Below, one piece after another: positions 37,641 through 49,190 of a DNA stretch of 64,000 nt. The DNA comes from Vicugna vicugna (Eukaryota). Position 1 is the stretch's first letter. Every line of letters begins with the position of its first letter. The stretch lies in NCBI GenBank assembly GCA_013265495.1, contig MU058065.1:4934976-4998975 (forward strand), given 5' to 3'. The notes beneath the pieces are model-generated. The model was given only the letters and a program-made list of their open reading frames with translations, made no database searches and was not told the origin of the DNA. The position numbers were made by a program, and so were the translations under genes.

Positions 37641-39439
37641 AATATATGTGTAACCTATTTTAAGTAGGTAAATTCTCAAAAATCAATTCAAAGATATATT
37701 CATTGCTTATGTGGGAACACCACCTCTCATTAAGTCATTCAACCAACATTCACTGAGGGCTTTTCAGGACTGAGAGTCACCCCAGCACACTGATTATTTA
37801 AAGTCTGCTGATTAGTTGCTACCCAGGATGAACCAGTAAATATTCTAAACAGCATCCCGATACTTACCGCATGCTAAATTCTGTTCCAATCCTGAAAGAT
37901 AGCCCTGAATAAAATCCCCAAACCCTGTATTTATGGTACTTATATTGTGGCCAATAAATACATGTATAAAATATATAATATCTATGGTGAGTATAATAAA
38001 GGTAAAAGAAGGCTTAATGCCCTTACAGCTCACTTAGAGACACAGCACTCCAACATATTCAATAGTTAGAAGCAAAGATTATACTCAGCTTTGGGACGTA
38101 TTAAGCTTATTTTCGAAATATAGATACACTGATTTATCTACACCCTGGCCAAGATCTGCCACACTTTCCATTTGTTCCTCCCGTTCTTTACCTGGGGGCT
38201 GAAATGCCACATTTTCCTTCCCTGGAAGCATGTCCTGCCCAGTGAGTTTTGGGCAGCATATTATGCCTCCCCCAGCCCTGCTGGCGGCAGAGGAGGACAC
38301 GGCACCTCCAATCTGCTCAGTTTCTTTCAGGCGCTTGAATTGGAAGTCCTGCCTGGAACACATGGCCAGAGCCAGGAGCCAAGAGAAGAACAAAGGACAA
38401 GCGCTCACACGTGTTCCTTCCCAATCTGGTCCAGGCTTTCCGGCTCAGTGGGGAGACTCGGCAGTGCAAGATGCTAAACGATGGAAGGTCAGCCGGCAAT
38501 GAGTGGTCGCAACCCTGGTGAGCCCGGGGCCTGCAAGAAGAAGAGCTGGCTGGGTTAAATTTTAAAAGGAACTAAAATAGAGGTTGAAAAATAAGATCAA
38601 ATGGAAGAGAGAAAAATAAGGGAGAAGAAAATTCACATTTCTGGACCTTCTTGCCTTTTGTCTTTCTAGAATCAAAAATGCCAAGAGAGGGTAAGGCTTT
38701 TCTTCCCTTAAAAATTAAAAAATAAATATACTGAGGACACAGTCCACTCTCATTATGAAAAGAACATGGAGGTGACATGGCTAGGCTTGGGTTTTAAGCC
38801 ACGCTGTAGCACAAGCTCATTGCGCAGTCCTGAGCCATCGCCTTATGCATGTGGTGCAAATCCGACTCAACATCTGAGCTGTGTCACTTCCCAGCTCTTC
38901 CAAGATGAGACCGGAGACAAAATGTAAAAGTTGATGTGGGAATATTTTTACCTAATTGTTTAAGCATAGAAGTGGTCAAACACCTCTCCCGCAGGTAATC
39001 CAACATAAAAGACGGATGGGGCGGGAGGAGAAATAGAAACCCACTTGCAAATGTTTTATGAAGAGACACGCTTCATCCACGGTAATACATCCTGCGACAT
39101 TTTATTCCATATTGGCTTCTTGTTAGGACTCAAAGCCTGCATGTCCTCATGGAAGACCCACACTCATCACCGCTCCTTAAAGCACACGTACACAGGCAGT
39201 GAACGTCCTAGTCATACATCACATAAAAATGGAGTTTTGTTTTAATAAGAGAATTTTTTGTAGAGAAGCATTAGCTTGTGGCCTGTCTAGTTTTCATTCT
39301 TCCATCCCCCCCCCTTTTTTTTTATCTGCTTCACCATCCTCCTCCCTATCTTCCTCCTCCACCCCTTCCTCCTCCTCGGTTCCTCAGCTCTGTCTTCATT
39401 TTTTTAGGGTAGGCTTCCTGGCCTGTTCTAACTAGGTCA

Positions 39440-39670
39440 ACTTGCCCTATTAAAAGCTCTCCTGGTCTCAAGTTCATCTCCTCCATTGAAAATATACAAT
39501 TACTTGTGTGGTTTTTAAAAGTTAGTGTCTTACCCCTCACTAGACTGCAAGTTCTCTGAGGCAGAGACAATGTCTGGTTTTTTTTCTCCAGTAACTAGCC
39601 AAGTATAAGGCATAGAGCAGGTACCCAGTAATATGTATTAAATGGATGGATGATGGATGGATGGATGGGT
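39440..39670 (+). mobile_element. L2 3' end with (ATGG)n tail
   Basis: cactagactgcaagttctctgaggcagagacaatgtct..gcatagagcaggtacccagtaatatg..aatggatggatg. Confidence 0.75.
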
Positions 39671-40539
39671 GAGTGGTTTAGTGTAGAGGGATCATTGGGG
39701 TCAAGTTGAGGTTAAAGTGAAAGTAAGACTTGTCTCCTCTTGTATAAAGTAGAAATGGGACAGTCGACACATTTAGGAGAAGAGAGTGCAACATATTATT
39801 TACAGCAAGTAACTACAGCCAGCACCACAGTTCAGGTCTCCAGATATACTCCTGTTAAAAAGAATGATTGGGAAATCTTAATCTCTAGTTTGAAAAAAAA
39901 AAAACTAGTTTAGGAACTCTGAAAAAGAGAAGGATCCCCCAAATAGACCAAACCTTAAAATAAAAATAGGATTAGCACAGAAAGACCGTTTTTACTTGTG
40001 GGCACGTTTTTAATTTTATGAAAATTGTAGGAAAACCGAGTTTGGGAAGGGTATATTTGCAAGTGATGATGGGTGAAGATGTAGCTCAAATGAATTCATT
40101 CAACAGCTCTAAAAGACAGCCATTATTTTGTAAGAAAGAAGAAAAATAATCTCTGCAAAAAGATTAAAAGATTTTCTTTTCATTCTCTCCTGGCCAATAT
40201 CTCAAAAATAATTAAATGCATGCAAACAAGCAAAGTAAACCAACGAACTTCTAGCTAATAGGAGTCATCCTGAGGGTATGAACAAAAAGAAACAGAGAAG
40301 AGGAGGGGATGGAATCCCTTAAACACTCCAAGTATCTAAAACCTGCCAGCAATAGCAAAAATGAAAATGAAACCTTCCCTTTTTGAAGTCCTCCCATTAC
40401 TAATTGAAAGGTAAGAAGGCTGGTTCTATATGCCTCAGGAAATAAAGACTTAACAGATGTCTTTATTGAAGACTCTGCTGTTCTAAAGGGAAGGAAGATG
40501 GATAGCTCTTCCTAAGCCCTTTTGTCATGTCATATCCAA

Positions 40540-41220
40540 GTTCTGTCACCTCAACCTGATGCACAATTAGACAATTGGCTAGGGTGTTGTCTTGACAGAT
40601 TATTTGCCACGCTGGAAATGAAGAGATATTTGCTGCACCATTCACCTCTCTTGCTGGAAATGCTCCTAATGAGCAACATCACCAGCAGGAATTAGTCTCG
40701 TGTTTGGGAACATCTCCCTAAATGGAAGAGGGAAAGTCGAGTTTAAAGCGAAACTATATAAAGGAAAGGAATTTAAAAAGAGGCTAAAATAAAAGAATGG
40801 TACTAAAAGGAGATTAAATGGCCTTGCCCTTCATTTGAAAATCATTTCAAATTAATCAGATCAGCACAAAGTCCATGAACGAGTAATATATTTATTAATA
40901 TTTGCACTTGTTGGTTCACTTAGATATTTAAAGGAATTTTACTTTGTACCCATGTTTAAACCTTTCATTCAAAGCAGCCATCTCTAAAATATGGTACTTC
41001 TTTGATGTGACGAAGGACTTCATCAACACATCTTAATGAGGCTCGGAGCCGGGAACAAATAACATTTGCTGCCCCTCTCTCTCTCTTCAGCAGAGGGGAT
41101 AAGTGGCGTATGATCATTTCTGCTTCATTTTATGTCAAAACATGGGCGTGGTATGGAAGCAGTTATTATTCTCAAATGATCATTCGGGTTTTCATCACTA
41201 CAATAAAGAGCTGCCAAAGG
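40540..41220. promoter_or_regulatory. Candidate conserved non-coding element
   Basis: Non-repetitive; TAAT/CAAT/TGACAG motifs; CAAAGTCCA at ~40866. Conservation not tested. Confidence 0.3.
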
Positions 41221-41672
41221 AGGTTTTGCACATGTAAGTAGTGTGTGGGCACAACCGTACATGTTCACAGATAGAAATATGGGCTGTCATGCACATATAT
41301 CAATACTCACCCATTTTTGTGCACCTAGATGGATATCATGCAGACATGAATGTGTAGATAAAATCCAAATGCATTTATATGTGTAGTTTTGTGTAGGCCT
41401 CTAGAATCAAGACAATGTCTGCTGTTCAATTTTTCTCTCCCCATAAGCAAAGAGGGGGAATCAGGGAAAAGACTACCTAAATTCTACATACATAGTTTTA
41501 AAACTTAATCGTACGTATGGTTGATCTCAAATATAATGATTTCTACAGCCTAGGATTCTGCACTGTAACCAGTCCCCATTGATTCCAGTGCCTGGCGACC
41601 CACCCTAAACCCTGGCCTAGTGGCCAAGACAGTTTTAGACAAACTTACAATCGGGGATGTTTGCCTCTAGAA

Positions 41673-41993
41673 AAAAGATTGGCAAACTCCAATCCACTGA
41701 CTGTATCTGTTCAGCCTGAAGGCTAAGAATGGTTTTTATGATTTTAAAAGGTTGAAAAACATCAATAGGAGAATAATGTTTCATGACACATGGAAATGAT
41801 ATGAAATTCAAGGTTGTGTGTCCATAAATAATGTTCTGTTGGAACACAGCCATACTTGTTCATTTACGTATTGTACATGGCTGTTTTCATGCTAAAACAC
41901 CAGAGGTGAGTAGTTGCAACAGAAATCATATGACTCACAAAGCCTAAAATGTTTATATTCTGACTCCTTGCAGGAAAAGTGTGCTGATGGTTG
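41673..41993. mobile_element. MER58B-like hAT-Charlie MITE
   Basis: ttggcaaact..gctaagaatggttttta..atgaaattcaa..ttggaacacagccat..gagtagttgcaacaga..aaagcctaaaat. Confidence 0.85.
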
Positions 41994-42689
41994 CCCTGGA
42001 GCCCCACCCCTGTTCTGTCAGTGCCCTTTGTAACTACCCAAGGCACACTGCTCTGCCTCCTCCAGTTTCTCCTTATTCTTAAAGAGGAACTGACATACAT
42101 CTCATCCTCTTCAGCAGAATTCTCACTGTAAGTCTTGGATCTTCTTATGAAGTTCAAATATTATTCCCACTATTAAAAAATATTATATTAAATTATTAAA
42201 AAAATTAAAAATAATATAGCTCAATGAAGAGATGGGAGAAAATACAGAAACTCCACTGGTGCCATTGAAATAATACAATGAAAGAATTGATGGTTCCATG
42301 GTACAGAGACCTCCTCATTCCCATAAGTATTCAAAGAAAGGTAGGGGCTTCCAGACTCTCAGGAATTTTACAAAGAATACATCAAGATTCTTAGAAATTT
42401 TGATTTCAAAGTTTATTTAAAACTTGAAATCAGTGATTGATTGCCTCTAACTAATCCTCTACTCTGCTAGGTCTCAGAGTAAATCTAGAGTGGTATCTGC
42501 TCCTGTGGCTGCCCATGAGATGTGCCAAAAACACTTCTAGGTCCAATCCAGAAACAACACCCATATAAAACAGGAAGGGAATCTGTGTCCTGGATCCTTC
42601 TTTCACAGTGGTGGCCACCATGGTGCTTCTAGCGATATTTATGTGATTACCCCTTTAATGTCTACTTCTTTCCAGGCTTTCTCAGCTCG

Positions 42690-43465
42690 GGTTCCTCATC
42701 CACACCACAGAACCCAGAAAATGCATTACAAATGATTTTCTCAATGATCCCATGGGATGTGAGCTTAGGCGATTGTGGGAACTGCTAATCCAGTCTATGT
42801 GAGTTTGTTATTAGTGTGTCTTAAGTCGGTAGGACAGGCAATCAGCTGGGGAGGATGGATATGAAGTGCGGGAAGAAAGGTTAAGCTAGAACTTACCAGA
42901 TAGATCTGGAACTCACATTGATATTCTATTATCTCCAGACCTTGAGGAGGAGGGTGTCCTGTCCTGAAGGCAGAATTTGCTTCATGGGCATGTGACTTGT
43001 GCAGTCACCCAGGGTCCCCTGCTTAGGAGGACCTCATGCTTGGTTTAATGCTCTTCTGCTGCCATCTTGAAATTCTTAATAATATTTGACCAAGAGGCCC
43101 CATATCTTCAAGTATCTAGCAGTGCCTACTAGAGAGACTGGTGCCCCTCATCATGAACCTGGCTCAGGAGCTGGAGAAACAGAAACAGAAGATCCAGCAA
43201 GAGACATTGGGGGTCTAGCTGTTGCCCCGTGGCAACCAGAGGAGCCAGCAGGTAAATGACAACAGGTGGGAACAGCAGTGTTGCCTCACGATTATCGCTG
43301 AGCTCGCCAGTGAAAAGGAGTATGACGACTCCACTTCCACCATCCAGATCTCCCCAAAAGTGTCTCCAACAGTCCACACTAACTCAGAATTTTGCAGGGA
43401 AAGGAGCTGCTGGAAATGCAGCATGAGTTTAGCTAAGTTGACACACCACAAATCCATCATATGCC
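42690..43465 (-). mobile_element. Ancient LTR (LTR50/52/78/84-like) split by MER91A
   Basis: Minus-strand start tgtgtcaacttagctaaac..catttcc..ccctgcaaaattctgagttag. Confidence 0.5.
42971..43128. mobile_element. MER91A hAT-Tip100 MITE
   Basis: gcttcatgggcatgtgacttgtgcagtcacccagggtccc..cttggtttaatgctct..tcttgaaattcttaataat. Confidence 0.8.
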
Positions 43466-43914
43466 ACTGTGGATATATAAACCTTTTGTGTGTATATGAA
43501 AATTGATGTGTTACTGAGTAAAACACATTGACAAATAGGCAATTCAAGAGAATGAGCTGTGATACTTAGTTAAAAGGACGGGGGTTCTTTTCTATCCCAG
43601 ATGGCTAACCAGTAGCAGAACCTTTCCAGAATTCCCCTGGAATACCCTAAGTGGCAGAAGGAAATAAATGTGCTCCTGCAAGGGCTTTCTGCTACAAGTT
43701 AAAAAATTCAGTTAAGTCTTATTTTATCTTGAGAAATCCGTGTGTTCTGCTCTGTAATAGGGCTGTATTTGTTTTAACGTAGAAATGATATTTTAAATTA
43801 CTTATGAGTAAAATCGGTTAACTCTTCCCCTTAAGTCCTCAAGCACAATTGCTGTTAAAAAAAAAAAAAAGACGTACTCTACCCCTTGGCACCTTGACAA
43901 CGTGATATGCAGAA

Positions 43915-44150
43915 TAGTCAACTCTGCTGAACATGTACGGTGTATCAGATACTACACTAAACATTGTAAGTGGATCATTTCATCTTCATAACATCTTCAT
44001 TTTGTTAAATGGAAATAAGACAACTAAGGCTCGGAGCTGTTAGGTAGCTCCTCTGAAATCAAAAGACTGAGGTCGCAAGTGGCCAAGGTGATCAGAAATC
44101 TGGGGTCTCAAGACTCTACCTTTGTAGTCACTACTCAGTATTGTCTCCTT
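43915..44150 (-). mobile_element. MIR SINE
   Basis: ctgaacatgtacggtgtatcagatact..aactaaggctcggag..ttaggtagct. Confidence 0.5.
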
Positions 44151-44428
44151 CAAAGGATTCAGTGCTAAGTTTAAGAAGCTCAGGAGAGAGATCTAACTAA
44201 AATGGAATCCGTAATATTTACATTATGGACAGAAAGGTGATCCACAAACAATTTCTTTTAAAAGAAATATGCTGCAAACTTGAGGCATTTAAACTTAGTG
44301 AATGGGTAGTCGCTCTCCAGAGCATCCTGAAAATGGTAGGTGGGCATGTGAGAAATGAATGAAAGAGACAGAGGTGAAGATGAAGGAAAAGAGGAAAAGA
44401 GAGACGAGAGGAATCATTATGCATTTAG

Positions 44429-44555
44429 GGTTTTGGTGGGGGAAGTAATTAGGTTTATTTATTTATTTTTAGAGAAGGTACTGGGGATTGAACCTCGGAC
44501 CGCATGCATTCTAAGCATGCGCTCTACCACTTGAACTACACCGTCTCCCAGCCCC
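44429..44555 (-). mobile_element. tRNA(Ala)-derived SINE resembling the camelid SINE
   Basis: Minus strand has A box tagttcaagtgg, then gcgcatgcttag, B box ggttcaatccc, and tail aaataaataaataaacctaattacttccccc; TSD cattatgcatttag / cattatacctttag (44415-44428, 44556-44569). Confidence 0.85.
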
Positions 44556-47500
44556 CATTATACCTTTAGAATGAGCGTGTTAAATTTGATATGTCTGAGT
44601 GCCTTTCCTCAGTTGCAGAGTATAGGTCTGGCTGACAAGTACTTGCATCAAAATTCAGCTATTTCGAGTATGTGTTGTTAAAAGAAGAGGCAATCACTCC
44701 TGTCTACCCAGGAAATGAGAAATTCTGGAAATTCTGGGGTCAAACTCTGACTCCCCGTAAAATCAAAGCCAAGGCTAATGTGAGAATGCAGATGAACCAC
44801 TTTGAGCACAACTCCCTCAACCAGTAAACGAGCCTCCTCCAAAGAAGCCCCCTCAGACCCTGGGAGCCAGAACCCGCGAGTCCCGACCTCCTACTCTCAT
44901 GGCACTTGTTTCATCAGCTTCCTTTAGCATCGTTTTCATGCGAACTCATCACCTTCCCAAAGCGCAGAAGACCCTGCAGCCCTGAAAGGCTAGGGTAGTT
45001 ATTGTCAAAGTAAAATAAATTGCTGCAATGCTCATAACATCCAGCATCCTACTTTGCTCATAGAAAGCATTTCAATAAATACGTGTTAATCACCAGATAA
45101 TCGCGCTTCTCACCATAAACTATTGTGGGAGGCAAAAATTACTCCCAACCAAAATTATGCTTAAAACATTTCAACTTTAATGAGTGAAAGGTGGTTAAAA
45201 CCCTTGCATGATGAGAAAACATGCTTCTCCTGTGAAAAATAGCTTTCCAGGTTTATTTTAACTCAAAAACAGGATGAGACATTTAAAAACATGATTTTTT
45301 TTTCTTTCTTCCCCATTCTGATCATCCCCAGAGGGTAGAAACTGTTCCGGTGTCATCTTCCTGACTCTCTTCGGCATGTTTTATCAGTGTGACTCAGACA
45401 GAGAATGTCCTCCTAGAGATAGATTTATTGTGGTCTAAAAAGAGAAAATCTGTAAGACTGTGACGTTTCTGCCTGACTCACAAGGGTTTTTTTTTTTCTT
45501 TCTTTTCTTTTTCTTTTTAATTAACAATCAGTGGTTCTACGTGTATTGTTTTAGTGTACTTTTCCCTTAATTGAATGTTGATTATGGCTATACTTAACAA
45601 CGCTTCATGATTTGGTTACTTGCACTGACACCTTCCAGTACCTAGTATAATTATCAACTATTTCTTTATATATTATGTTCAGTACTGATGCCGCAGTGGA
45701 ACCTTATAGGTTCCCTAATGTGCTCCTTTGTACTAATGCTTTTTCCTAAATAAAAGAATATCCTTGCCACATTGGTCAATTGAAGATGCATAAAGTGAAT
45801 TAGATGCTCTCTGCAATTTGTAAATAGAATACTACTCAGAAGAATTTCTTCTTTATGAACTGATCCTTTGCTCTTGAATACCCTTATTCTATCTCCCACT
45901 TTTCAAAGTCTGCTTTCTCATTTCTCAGCTTACAGGCCACCAGTTCCATGAAGTCTTCCCAGACTTGACCAGAAGCAAGAAATATGTGCTGGCTAGCATT
46001 GCTAGGACTGTTATTACGCCTGTGCACCTCTGGCTTGATTGCTATGAAGCAGAACTCGAAAGCCAAGCAAGGTCCTTGGGGCCTCCCAGCTTCCTCCCCC
46101 TGCATGGCCATCCTCTTGCATCATCTCCTGCAACCCACGTCTGCAGTCCACTCTGATCCTAGCAGTGTCAAGTGGAAAAGCGAAATAAGAGATGCCCAGG
46201 GGTCACTGCCCAGCCCTAAAACAACAGTGCATTGTCACTTTTAATTGCCACGTAAATTTATTGCCCAGATTAGAAATCTTAGCAACGAATAACGTTTTGT
46301 TAATTATATTTCTCTCCACCTTCTCAGAGTCACCATTTTCCATCCCAAGACAGGCTAAGAACTGATGGTTGCCAACCGATCAAATGGAATCCAAGGAGAA
46401 AATCTATAACTAACACTGAGATGTCAGGTTAATAAACCTGCAGAGGATTATTTTTAAATTTCATCAAGATGATGCAGGTTTGCTAACTAGAACCCATTTA
46501 CAATTATAGTATTTATATATTTTTATAATTAAAATTCCATTGTCATTAAACCACTATCTGAAATATTAACCCACGATTGTTTCATATTAAAAATAGCAGA
46601 TGAAAACACAAGGAGATATTTCAGTTTCCTTCATAAAAATAAGATTACATTGTGAAGTGTTCTGAATGATGAGGTTAACAACGATAAACTTACATTTTAT
46701 GAAGCTCTTTTTTAAGAAATCATGTTGTTTTCTACAACAAAGTGTATTTGTTTGAATAATATTCTTCTATAGAAATGAAATTTGGAAGAGAAAAAAGGCA
46801 CAAATGAGTTCCATGATACACCCCAGTTTAGGGGATGGGGCAGAGGAGGGAGGAAAGATGGGAAAAAGGAAAACGAAATAAAGCACAAAGGAGCATAAGC
46901 TCTAAAATACAAGCACATGTATCTCCAGCTATTTTATCTCAATTTTATTCCCCGCCTTCCAGGTGGCCCTCGACATAGCGTAACCACAGGATTCTTTTTT
47001 TGCCACAACTCATAACTAGTTTACTTAGAAATATTTCTAATCAATATAATTTTCCAGATAACTTATTTTAAAGCATTTTTTTACATAAAACCCTTTGAAA
47101 ATTATATTAGCATCATTTTGAACTGTGTTTATAAATACCATACATGGAAGATGTTTAAGCTTTGATTTCAGTGAGTCTAGTTCTTCTACCTGATTCTAAG
47201 CTTCTTGACAATTAAGGACATTTTACGTGTCTTTACACCTTAAGAAACTGTATCGCAGGGGGTTTAAAATCATTTATCTGTTCCCTGACTTATTTTGAGA
47301 AGACTTAAGTTGTAACCCTAAACTGATTATCGAACAATGCAAACATCTTTAAATGTTCAGTAATGGATAAACTGAACAGTTTGCTAACATCATCAACAGA
47401 AACGCAACTCTCCCAAATATAATTTGAATATTATTTTCTAAACACCCCTTTAAGACTAGGCTGTTTGTTATTATGACTTGCCCTTTCTGTTAACATTATC

Positions 47501-48199
47501 AAGAAAAATCGTTTTTCGATTCCAAAGATGAGCCCATCCGCTCTCAGACTGAGCACTATCACGCCTGATATCCCCAATATCAGCGTCCCTGTGCAGCATA
47601 GAGAAGGTGTCAACAAATGTTCTTAGTTAAAAACAAAGATTTACTGCCTATTGTGTTATGTATACGTTGGCTAAGATAAAAGTAATTATATGGAATGGCA
47701 AATGTATACTATTTCCGAAACAACCCAGTGCCTTCGTTTTCATCTTCAGCAAGGACCTATCGGCAAGATGGCAAACTGGGGTTTTCACTTGCAGTACAAT
47801 TCAAAATTGTGATGCTCCCTGGCAGGTGGAAAAAGCATGGGAGGGGCGAGGTACGTCGGAAATCAAGGCCCCTTAAGAAAATAATACAGTGATGTAGAAA
47901 TTCAGGTATTCTGCCAGCCAACTCAAATCCCCTTAAATCTAACCCTCAAACAGGAAAGGCCTGATTTAACAGTCCAGAAGAGGCTATGAATTCTGTCCCC
48001 GGGCACCAAGACGTAAAGGCATTTCACTCTACATGTTTTCAGATGGTCATCTTCAGAGAGAAAGAGCCAGGGAGAGGACGGGAGGGAGGGATGGAAGGCG
48101 AGGGGGAGAATGATAATACAAAGTCTTGCTTTCGCAAGAAAAATTCCTTCCTGCAAACATTGGAGGTAGAACATCCTCCCTGTCTAACAGGCACGGTTA

Positions 48200-49190
48200 C
48201 GTAACATTCCTGAAACAGACGAACCATGAATTCCAATGAAAGCTTCATTCTTTCTGAATGCCATAAGTACTCGGAGTTAATTTATGGGCTCGCCTCAAGT
48301 GCAGATGCTCAATCTGAGTCCTCCGACAGCCTCGCAATTGTAAAAGCATGTTGGATCCCAGCGCGCTTGAAGATGGAGAGGCAGCCGAGAACCACCTTCC
48401 CTGATTGTCTGATCAAGATTCCACTTGAGTGGCGATACCGGCTTCCCGGTTATTGTGTCTAATGAGTAAATCTGTGCGCCTCCCACTTTAAATGAGCTGT
48501 GTGCATTTATTTTCTGCAAATGAAGCGAGGGGGTGAAAGATTTTTGAATTTAGCCTCATCTTTTACACATTTTTAGACAAGGCAATGAAAAACACTTTTA
48601 AAAACTGGCTAATGGATTCCTTTTTCTCCCCCTTGTTTTTGGCAGGAAGGTTGGTAGAACAGTGCAGGGGGTTCTTTGTGAGGTTTCTCTGCCCATTAAC
48701 AGCTACTTAACAAAAATACCCCAATCTGCTCTTGATATCTTTATGATATTGACACCCATACTCCTAGGCGCTGTCTAGCTGTTTTGAGACTGGCTTTTAT
48801 CTTTCCCTGGTATTTGGAGTCTGAAATGGACAATGACAGCAGCCCCAGCCTTACTGAAGCTCATCAAACTGTCTCATTCAAAGTGATGCCTGAGTTGGAT
48901 TAAACCCAAGGACCCGGCTACCGGTATTAACCCATCAGATGTCGCAGCCCCTCAGCCTCTTTAATCATTAGGGTGGGATTAATAGGCGTGCTTTGCCACA
49001 GCCTCCGTGCCTTGGAAATCACGCCAGGAGAATGTGGCCGCTTCGACGGGCCGAGCTTTAATCACACCAGGCAAAACATGACAGTTCGGAAATTAACTCA
49101 GGAGGATAAACTTGGAAAGGAGATTAAAATAGCCTGGGTGTTTATCAACAGATTCTACAATACTAGCCAAGCAGATTTCCCAAACTCCTA
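48200..49190. promoter_or_regulatory. Candidate conserved developmental enhancer(s)
   Basis: No recognisable repeat; many retained CpGs; clustered GATTAA/TTAATC, TCAAGTG/CACTTGA, TTTATGG, TGACAG and TGTTTAT motifs. Confidence 0.45.

Noticed and set aside
44470..44550. tRNA gene
   Set aside because: It has an AT-rich SINE tail and TSD, and the acceptor stem is poor; it is a tRNA-derived SINE.
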